DNA of 10,561 nt from Azolla caroliniana (Eukaryota > Plantae > Polypodiophyta): NCBI GenBank assembly GCA_043228905.1, contig JBHGNT010001263.1:1-10561 (forward strand), read 5' to 3'. The translations under genes were made by a program, and so were the position numbers. Positions 1 to 7,680 of the stretch are shown one piece after another (position 1 is the stretch's first letter; the number at the start of each line of letters is the position of its first letter). Below the pieces are notes generated by a model that ran no database searches, was not told the origin of the DNA, and saw only the letters and a list, made by a program, of their open reading frames with translations.

Positions 1-55
1 GCTAATTAGCTATGTCAAGGACACAGCTAATTGTTTCCACTCGCATGCTTTCACC

Positions 56-570
56 CGTATAGTACCTCCCAATTTAAAAATACATTGTCGTGCCTTTCGG
101 CGCCGGATCGTTGTGTGAGTCGGGTGGGAACCGCTGGGTTTTTGGACTAGGAGGAGGAAGAATTTGAGACGAGTTTAGTTATGAATAGATTATAAGAAAG
201 AGAGATAGAAATTCGTGAATCCCACGAACATAGTTTATTAGTTTTATTAATATTTAACCCTAATTATACTTTGTCGGGTGGGAACTGTTGGGGTTTTGGA
301 CTAGGAGGAGGAAGAATTTGAGACGAGTTTAGTTATGAATAGATTATAAGAAAGAGAGATAGAAATTCGTGAATCCCACGAACATAGTTTATTAGTTTTA
401 TTAATATTTAACCCTAATTATACTTTGTCGTGTGGGAATCGTTGGGGTTTTGGACTAGGAGGAGGAAGAATTTGAGACGAGTTTAGTTATGAATAGATTA
501 TAAGAAAGAGAGATAGAAATTCGTGAATCCCACGAATATAGTTTATTAGTTTTATTAATATTTAACCCTA
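56..570 (-). repeat. Duplicated 3' end of the 618-1395 LTR plus 30 bp of flank, with a 154-bp internal unit amplified three times
   Basis: CGTATAGTACCTCCC...TGTCGTGCCTTTCGG occurs at 56 and 588 (offset 532). The unit GTCGGGTGGGAAC...AACCCTAATTATACTTT starts at 119, 273 and 427 (period 154) and again at 651. A degenerate partial unit lies at about 811-880. Confidence 0.9.
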
Positions 571-617
571 TATAACGTATTAATACGCGTATAGTACCTC
601 CCAATTTAAAAATACAT

Positions 618-1395
618 TGTCGTGCCTTTCGGCGTCGGATCGTTATGTGAGTCGGGTGGGAACCGTTGGGGTTTTGGACTAGGAGGAGGAATAATTTGAG
701 ACGAGTTTAGTTATGAATAGATTATAAGAAAGAGAGATAGAAATTCGTGAGTCCCACAAATATAGTTTATTAGTTTTATTAATATTAATCCGAATTATAC
801 TTTGGAATAAATTGGAAAAGAGAGATCAAAAACCTTATGAATCCCACGAGTATTATATTAATCAATATTTAGACCCTAATAATCACCCCATAATTTATTT
901 TTATTTTTTTCCCCCTTATTACATTGTGCTCCACATCCTTATATAGTGATGAGAGAGTCTTAGCAATCCATGCTTTTTCTCTAACTATGGACTCCATGCT
1001 TTCTCTCTCTATAGACTATATACTTTCTCTAACATGTTTTTTTTCCTAAAAGTGATTATGCTTTTTCTAACCTCATGCATTTTTTATCGATTATAGTGTT
1101 TATGCACGCTAAATGTGCATGTGTAGCTTTTTTCTATCATGCGTTTTTCTTCTAACTAAAGTTTTTTCCTAGAAAATATGCGTGAAATAACATTTCTATG
1201 TGGGATATTTACTTTTTTAACACTCATGATGTGTTAGTGTAATGGTAAGCCTTCAAATAATTAACATGGAGGTACATGTTTGAATCTTGCCCTATGCATG
1301 TAATATATATTTTTATATTTTCTTCTATTTCTTCGTATTTATTTAATCTAGTACTATATACGGTTTTCACGTAGTGTACGAAATACACTACGACA
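618..1395 (-). mobile_element. Solo LTR (778 bp), Ty3/gypsy-like
   Basis: The minus strand begins TGTCGT (1395) and ends ACGACA (618), a 6-bp inverted terminus. It has TATATAA at 945-939 and an AATAAA downstream. A GTCCAAAACCCC motif about 60 nt from the end is shared with the PBS-anchored LTR at 1460-2108. Flanks are ACAT (614-617) and ACGT (1396-1399), a possible 4-bp TSD with one CpG-type change. No PBS or PPT is adjacent. Confidence 0.72.
1235..1292 (+). other. Degenerate tRNA-like A-box/B-box module inside LTR U3 (antisense to the LTR)
   Basis: TAGTGTAATGG (1235-1245) and GTTTGAATC (1278-1286) lie at tRNA-like spacing. The module is homologous to 10151-10088 on the minus strand. No full cloverleaf is visible. 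Confidence 0.5.
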
Positions 1396-1459
1396 ACGTT
1401 AAATACGTTTTCTTAATATGTTAAATACTTATAAAATACGTATTTTACTTATAGTACGT

Positions 1460-2108
1460 TGTCGTGAAGAAAACCATCCCTTGGCGCAATCGGTGAATAG
1501 CGCCCATGAACCGGCCCTTCACGTGTGCGCGCTCTTAATGTATATAATAGAGAATTAGGTACATAGAGATATCCTGGGTAGTTAGATTCAGTAGGTAGGA
1601 AGTAAATGAGGGAGACAGCTCCCTTCTTGACGCTATAAAGGAGAGGGAGACGCAGGGAGAAGGGGGCGCGCATTAGGGAGGACGAAGTGCTGTCGGACCA
1701 GAACCGAACGCTTCTCCTCTGTTCGTTCTCCATCACTCTTCTCTGCAGGTTTTTGGGAGGCTCGCGCTGCTTCGAGGAACGCCCGTGTGCTTCCGGCAGC
1801 ACCTCCACCCTTTTCTCCTTTCGTGCGCAGACGAACATGCATCAGCATTTGATCGCCGGCCTGTTCGGTTGTAACCGCTCGCGTGCTTTGTGGTGTATTC
1901 TGTTACTCGTTAATATACAAACACTTGTGTCTGCCTATCTCTGTGTCCCTTCGCGTCTTCTGTGTTGACGGGTCGTGCCCCTGTGTTTCTTACTCATACG
2001 TGACAGGGCGTCTCTCTCTTTCTCATTCCCCTTCTATCACCCGCTCTTTGGTCCAAGACCCCGGTGGTCCCGCCTCATTTCTCCACGCATGCGCATAGTA
2101 ACGCGACA
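1460..2108 (+). mobile_element. 5' LTR (649 bp) of a truncated Ty3/gypsy-like retrotransposon
   Basis: It has TGTCGTG...CGCGACA termini (6/7 inverted match) and TATAAAG at 1634-1640. It ends 4 nt before a PBS and a gag ORF. The 3' boundary is firm; the 5' boundary is inferred from the terminal inverted match. Confidence 0.8.
1634..1640 (+). promoter_or_regulatory. LTR TATA box
   Basis: CTATAAAGGAGAGGG, paralleled by CTATAAAAGAGGG at 10331 in the right-hand LTR. Confidence 0.55.
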
Positions 2109-2112
2109 TATT

Positions 2113-2130
2113 TGGTGAACCCAACGTGAA
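2113..2130 (+). other. Primer-binding site complementary to tRNA-Trp
   Basis: TGGTGAACCCAACGTGAA matches the reverse complement of the plant cytosolic tRNA-Trp 3' end (TGGTGAACCCGACGTGAA, recalled from memory) at 17/18 positions. It lies directly after the LTR-terminal CA. Confidence 0.85.
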
Positions 2131-2152
2131 ACAGGCGGCAGAGGAGCGGAAG

Positions 2153-2965
2153 ATGAGGGGTTCGGATCTTGCAAAGACCATGGCTTTGGCCGTGGACCGG
2201 ATAGTGAGCGCGCGCGAGGGCACCGGCGCCCTTGACAGGGCTATTGAGGCGATCGTCGGTACGATCGGCCAGTTCAGTGGAAAGGATGCCACGAGTTATT
2301 TGGCGTCCTACCGGGCGGAGATGTTGATGAGGGATATTCCGGAAGAGAGGCGTCTTGCTGGATTCCCTGGAGTGGTGATGTCGGGCATCCATGCGGAGGG
2401 GGTCGAGGTCCGGGCGGAGAGCCGGACCTGGGAGGAGTTCGAAGGACGGCTCCTGGAGAAATACGGGCTAGATGACGCGCTTCGACTTTCGAAGCGGAGC
2501 TTCATGGAGTGGGTGGAGTCCCCCAACAAAGGAAGAAATGCATCGGTACTCCTCCGGGAGTTTGAGGAACGCTTTGCGCGCCTTTCGGCGCTCGATCGGA
2601 CCGTTCTGGACACAAGTCGTGTCCTGTTGTTTGTCAAATCGGTTGACGCACGGGATCGGGGGCAAGTTGGCTCCTTACTGGAAACCGAAGACGGGCTGAC
2701 GGCCGACTGGGCCGCGGTAAAAAGAGTCTGCGGCCGTTTTGACAAACGGTGGGAGTGGGCTGATACAGAGGCGACGGGGGCGGGACCTGTCATAGCAAGG
2801 AAGCTCGAACCGATATCGCAGGCGCGAAGGGAAGAGACTCGGGAGTGGCTCGAAACTGGTTCGGCTTCGACCGGCGTGGTCAGAGGCTTGTCCGGGGGAA
2901 CAACTTTGGAGGAGTTGACACGAGCGGTAAAGGATCTCCAGATCGCCCAGGCTATAAGTCTTTAG
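2153..2965 (+). CDS. gag: Retrotransposon Gag (capsid region), 3'-truncated at about 2952
   Basis: GC-rich open frame right after the PBS, with gag-like motifs FSGKDATSYL and TWEEFEGRLLEKY and a coiled segment LEELTRAVKDLQIAQ. The first ATG is at 2153, though the frame is open from 2126. An abrupt GC-to-AT switch at about 2953 precedes the stop. No zinc knuckle, protease or RT follows. Confidence 0.82.
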   Translation: MRGSDLAKTMALAVDRIVSAREGTGALDRAIEAIVGTIGQFSGKDATSYLASYRAEMLMRDIPEERRLAGFPGVVMSGIHAEGVEVRAESRTWEEFEGRLLEKYGLDDALRLSKRSFMEWVESPNKGRNASVLLREFEERFARLSALDRTVLDTSRVLLFVKSVDARDRGQVGSLLETEDGLTADWAAVKRVCGRFDKRWEWADTEATGAGPVIARKLEPISQARREETREWLETGSASTGVVRGLSGGTTLEELTRAVKDLQIAQAISL

Positions 2966-3243
2966 CAAAGTGCCCTTCCACTTTCTCGCCTAAAACTCTT
3001 TTGTATATCTCCAAAGCACTTATTCCGTTTCTTTAACACATTTTACTCTTTGTGAACCTTTCATCTTTCTAATCCTTCTTATTCCGTACCTATTTCGAAA
3101 GTAATACTATTATGTATTGTAGTTTATGTAAATGACTTTTATAATGTAGCTTAAAATGGGCACACACTAACTTAATACCCAATTTTCTTGTAAAATGTAA
3201 TCACTCAAGCCTATGTACCATAGAATATAAATAATCAAGACTA

Positions 3244-3259
3244 ATATATATATATATAT
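3244..3259. repeat. (AT)8 microsatellite
   Basis: Read directly from the sequence. Confidence 0.85.
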
Positions 3260-3327
3260 GCTTGCTCAATGATTGGTAAAGATTAAAGAAAGAGAGGGAA
3301 ATTAATAAAAGATAGAAGCTATCGCAT

Positions 3328-3343
3328 AGAGAGAGAGAGAGAG
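3328..3343. repeat. (AG)8 microsatellite
   Basis: Read directly from the sequence. Confidence 0.85.
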
Positions 3344-3530
3344 CGCGAACAAATCATTGCAGAAAAAGGGGGACAATGAGATATGAAAAGAAGCTATAAA
3401 TCATCAAATGATTGGATCTATGACAGAACAACATAAACAAGATAGAAGTCCCCAAGATTTCACGGAGAAAAATAATCACATTGTGCATTGGGCAAACTTA
3501 AAAAGACTATATACTATTAACATAGTTTCT

Positions 3531-3991
3531 CATCTTTTAGTTTAGACCTCAGGATCTCACAAAACAAAACTTCGGTCCATCTAATGTTAAAGTATTCATC
3601 TACAAAATGATTGATTGGATGAAGATTCTTTGCCCATTTTATATCATGTTATAAGGGCTCTGCAACTTTTCAGTTTATGGTTATGTTTAATCTCTTCCAT
3701 TTGGACCATAATAGTGATTGTGGTTGAACAATTGTCAGTAGTACAACAAAAGGTCGGAACACATCTTTTAGTTTAGACCTCAAGATCTCACAAAACAAAA
3801 GTTCGATCATTCTATTGTTAAAGTATTCATCTACAAAATGATTGATTGGATGAAGATTTTTTGCTCATTTTATATCATGTTATAAGGGCTCTACAACCTT
3901 TCGGTTTATGGTTATATTTAATCTCTTCCATTTGGACCATAATAGTGATTGTGATTGAGCAATTGTAAGTAGTACAACAAAAGGTTGGAAC
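3531..3991. repeat. Tandem duplication, 2 x 231 bp, about 93% identical
   Basis: CATCTTTTAGTTTAGACCTC starts at 3531 and 3762. I counted about 16 substitutions and no indels by eye. Confidence 0.95.
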
Positions 3992-5390
3992 GCAGTCTAT
4001 TCAAACATAGTTTTCAACTTGAACATATCATTGCCTTCATGTAGCTTTGCATGGAATAATAGGCTCGTGTTTGTAAAACGGATATGGAATGTGATTTTGA
4101 TATTAGTCTCTATTTGCATAGGAAGAAGATTTTAAGTTCATCAAGAATTGCTTTATCCACATGAAAATGATGAAATATATTGTCTAGACTCTACATCATA
4201 TCCATGTAGCAAATAGAACTTTCACTCTTCAAATTTATTATTATGGTGTGAGATGTCTTATAAATATGGACATGACAAGACATGTGACAAGGGAAATGTA
4301 GGGAAATAGAAGATAATGCAATGTGATTTGGTGGATTGGTTCCTTGAGCAATAACATTTAAATGCTTATTGTAGGAGAATTTCCCTCTTTATGTTCTTGT
4401 GATGTGCATGAAAGGTTGGCTAGAGACACATGCACAAGTGTACGATAAATAAGTGAGATCACTCATGAATGATAGGATAGTTTAGGCAAGGCCAACCCGA
4501 GAAAGGGATCGAAGTTGTGTATATTTTAACTAATGGAGTATATTCTTTTTTGGTAAAAAAAAAGTCGAATGTTGAGCTCCTCGTTGATTGGGTGAAAAAT
4601 AAATAACAATGTTCCAAGGTTTTATTCTAGAGAAAGAGAAGAAATTACTAAGAATTTGTGTATCAATAAATCTTAGCGTGTGGTGGTGTTATGTTGACAC
4701 TATTTTGATACATCCAAACTACAAACATCGATAATAGGATTCATACTTAAATATCATTTTCATTTCTTCATTGTTTGTATATGCTAAACCTAGGATTGCA
4801 TGATCTTCAAAGTTCTTCAATGGTAATTTCTTATGAACCTTCATTACCACCTTCTACAAAATTTGATCCCACCACTTATGCTAGTGGGAAACATTGAGTG
4901 CACTTTCTAATCAATCTTGAAACTTCAAAACAAGTTTATGAACCGATATTGGTTATAACAAAAATTAAGAGATCATAACCCAATAAGAAGGCTAATAGTA
5001 AAATCACTCTTAAGATGGCCACAAGAAAACTTGACAAATGCAATTTTGATTGCGTTTTCATTGTCCAGTAAATTTACGTCGATGCTTATTACAAAATATA
5101 TGTATCTCGGGACCATTCAACTATTTTGTCTCTTAGGTCTAAAATATTTGAAACACTTCAATGAGAAATCATTAACTATACATATGCATACACCGCATTA
5201 GGTATCTCTTTAACTTCTTTTGCATCAAAATTCGCGACTCCAATTTAGTAGATGCAAAACATTTCGTTGCCACATTATGTTTCTAGAAATTGTTGCCATT
5301 TTGTAAAGCCTATATACATAAATAGACCCCACATTTCTGGAAAGAATGCAACCCATTGTTATGTACAACAGTCTTTTGTAATATTAGAAC

Positions 5391-5615
5391 ATATAACTGT
5401 TGAAAAATGACCTATTGTAAACCAAGTGCATTGATTCATAAAGCATCATTTGTATAGATTGTTGCATTACAAGGTTGCTAAGCTTTCATTATCACATTCT
5501 ACGAGAAGTAGTCTTACACTAGGCTTTATCATCTTTCTTATGGTGATATAATATCTCTATCTCCTTCATGTGGCTTCTCAATTTCAATAATAGAGCTTTT
5601 GATGACTCTTTTTCA

Positions 5616-5671
<56 letters not shown>

Positions 5672-5945
5672 AAATCAATGTTTGTTATTAAAACAAGATG
5701 ATAATACAACCCTTGTTATTATATAACTGTTGAAAAATGACCTATTGTAAACCAAGTGCATTGATTCATAAAGCATCATTTGTATAGATTGTTGCATTAC
5801 AAGGTTGCTAAGCTTTCATTATCACATTCTACGAGAAGTAGTCTTACACTAGGCTTTATCATCTTTCTTATGGTGATATAATATCTCTATCTCCTTCATG
5901 TGGCTTCTCAATTTCAATAATAGAGCTTTTGATGACTCTTTTTCA

Positions 5946-6009
<64 letters not shown>

Positions 6010-6057
6010 AAATCAATGTTTGTTATTAAAACAAGATGATAATACAACCCTTGTTAT
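5391..6057. repeat. Tandem duplication, 329 + 337 bp, each copy containing a (TC)n tract
   Basis: ATATAACTGTTGAAAAATG starts at 5391 and 5721. The copies appear identical except for (TC)24 at 5619-5666 versus (TC)28 at 5949-6004. Confidence 0.95.
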
Positions 6058-6273
6058 CTTTACTACATCAAAAATAGTGATAATGCAAGGGAAACCCGCT
6101 CAAGTGTTGCAAAACTAGATGACATACCTCTCTCTCCTCTTGGGATAAGGTCCCCAAACAACATAGTTGCGAAAATTGTCATTTCAACTTCCCTTTCATC
6201 CGACGGAGTTGTTGTGTTACCCCATGAAGTCCAAACAAGAACCCATTTCTCATGGTCCAATTAAACCATCCAC

Positions 6274-6276
<3 letters not shown>

Positions 6277-6316
<40 letters not shown>
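6277..6316. repeat. (TC)20 microsatellite
   Basis: Read directly from the sequence; it lies just upstream of the putative AG acceptor at 6332-6333. Confidence 0.9.
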
Positions 6317-6322
<6 letters not shown>

Positions 6323-6333
6323 GTTGTTACTAG

Positions 6334-6840
6334 TATAAATTGAGTGCAAGAGGAGTTCCTAAGGGTAAAGACCTCAAAAAAAGCCAAAGTTCAAGTCTTA
6401 ACCTTGCCACCGTGAAAGTGTTCCCGGGGCTCAACACTCTGGGCCTCTCCATAGCCCACCTCGACTTCCAGCCCAATGGTCTCAACACTCCACATGTGCA
6501 CCCGCGAGCGAGCGAGGCCTTATACCTGGCCGAGGGCACGCTCGTGGTTGCATTCTTGTCGGTCGAACCCAACTACACTCTCTCCCAAACAACCCTCCAA
6601 CCCGGGGACCTCTTTGTGTTCCCGAGAGGCCTAGTCCACTATCAGATAAACCCCGATCACGAGAAGCCGGCCAAGGCAATTGTGGCCCTTGGGAGCCAGA
6701 ACCCCGAAAGGGAGGATGTGGTGACCGTCATCTTCGGGTCTAAACCTCAAACACCCGACGAGGTACTCGAGAAAGCATACGAGGTAGACAAGGCAATAGT
6801 AAAGGCATTGAGGAAGGGAGTGGCCGCAACTGTGGGTTGA
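6334..6840 (+). CDS. GLP: Germin-like protein (cupin), terminal exon or 5'-truncated gene
   Basis: Contains FPGLNTLGLS, germin box GLNTPHVHPRASE, second box GDLFVFPRGLVHYQ, SQNP and PDEVLEKAY. The metal ligands His (6493), His (6499), Glu (6514) and His (6637) are intact. There is no ATG, signal peptide or QDFCVA box. An in-frame TAG at 6331-6333 doubles as a possible splice acceptor after a pyrimidine tract. Confidence 0.9.
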   Translation, partial: YKLSARGVPKGKDLKKSQSSSLNLATVKVFPGLNTLGLSIAHLDFQPNGLNTPHVHPRASEALYLAEGTLVVAFLSVEPNYTLSQTTLQPGDLFVFPRGLVHYQINPDHEKPAKAIVALGSQNPEREDVVTVIFGSKPQTPDEVLEKAYEVDKAIVKALRKGVAATVG

Positions 6841-6895
6841 TCATGCACCATGCACCATCACCACTATATGTGTGTGTGTGTTGCTAAGAAATAAG

Positions 6896-6901
6896 AATAA
6901 A
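6896..6901 (+). promoter_or_regulatory. Putative polyadenylation signal of the GLP
   Basis: AATAAA lies about 55 nt after the TGA, past a (TG)6 tract, and is followed by a T/GT-rich region. Confidence 0.4.
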
Positions 6902-7420
6902 AAGAATGGATAAGAAGTAGTAGAAGAGTGTGTGGGTATGTACATATGTATGTAAGATGTGTCTTCTTTAAGTAACTTGTTTTAACGTTATTGTGGCTTG
7001 TTGTTCTATTTAAGTAATTCCCTCTTATTCTCATATTTGTTGTGTTGCATTTATATTTAACGTGTTAGTTAAAAAGAAAGGAAGGGTCTCATGTATAATA
7101 TTTTCCGACATACACGCCAACAACAAAAAACATGACAAGGCCCTCGACGCTATTTGCATTAAGTGGGCGGGAGGGGGGCTTAGTTAAACGAGGAGGCGAG
7201 TTTTGGAAATTGATAGGCAAGAAGGCATAATATTTAAAATGGGGTTTCTTTAATAAATCGGACCATTGCGTGCATGTCACGATTTGTCGCCCTCTTCAAT
7301 AGTTTTGACTCTTATACATTTGCAAGTTTTCCATAAAAAATATCCTCCATTGGTATTAACTTAAAGTGGCCAAAGGCAATATACAAAACAGTCCACTATT
7401 ACAAAGAATATTGCAACATA

Positions 7421-7680
7421 TTTAACTAGAAAACTATTGAACACTCATGTAGCTTCAGCAATCCAGCCACATTTAGCATCCATATCAAGCAAGGAATTAC
7501 CACCAACAACACTGGCTTCAAAAAACCCATCTTTTTACAAGCTGAATATGGATTTTTGGCCTTTATCACTGGAGTCTATGCCACTGCAAACGTGAAATCC
7601 AAAAAAGCTATTATTGCATCCAGAGACACTCCCTCAAGTTGCGAACAAGCTTTGATAAGGGCCACAAAAATGTGTTGTAC
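7421..7680 (-). pseudogene. Decayed PLS-class pentatricopeptide-repeat (PPR) gene fragment
   Basis: Across frameshifts the minus strand reads HIFVALIKACSQL, EGVSLDAI, CSGIDSSDKGQK, IHIQLVK and GFFEASVVGGNSLLDMDAKCGWIAEAT*VFNSFLVK. This matches the PLS-PPR pattern GNALVDMYAKCG...EA..VF. A premature TGA lies at 7447-7445. The fragment may extend to about 7830. Confidence 0.78.

Noticed and set aside
256-263. AACCCTAA telomere or telo-box motif
   Set aside because: It occurs at most once per repeat unit, with no tandem telomeric array.
119-803. CRISPR-like array
   Set aside because: The units are contiguous 154-bp near-identical repeats with no unique spacers, in a eukaryotic context with no cas genes.
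1348-1392. Helitron 3' end (CTAG plus hairpin)
   Set aside because: The hairpin is 18 nt away, AT-rich and lacks the expected flanking base; the LTR interpretation explains the region better.
1362-1397. CACTA terminal inverted repeats (TTTTCACGTAGTG and CACTACGAC)
   Set aside because: They are the two arms of the LTR-start hairpin; there is no distant partner TIR, 3-bp TSD or transposase.
1449-2098. Short ORFs of 71-129 aa within the LTR
   Set aside because: No recognisable domains; expected by chance in GC-rich LTR sequence.
2980-2990. ACTTTCTCGCC shared with 10508-10518
   Set aside because: The match is only 11 bp with loose flanking similarity and lacks the U5 motif and terminus; not enough to call another LTR.
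2023-3036. ORFs overlapping gag in other frames or antisense
   Set aside because: These are shadows of the GC-rich gag frame with no motifs.
6061-6263. Possible GLP first exon or LINE RT fragment (DIPLSPL)
   Set aside because: No signal peptide or DFCVA motif in the plus frames; the resemblance to QGDPLSP has no other RT motifs supporting it.
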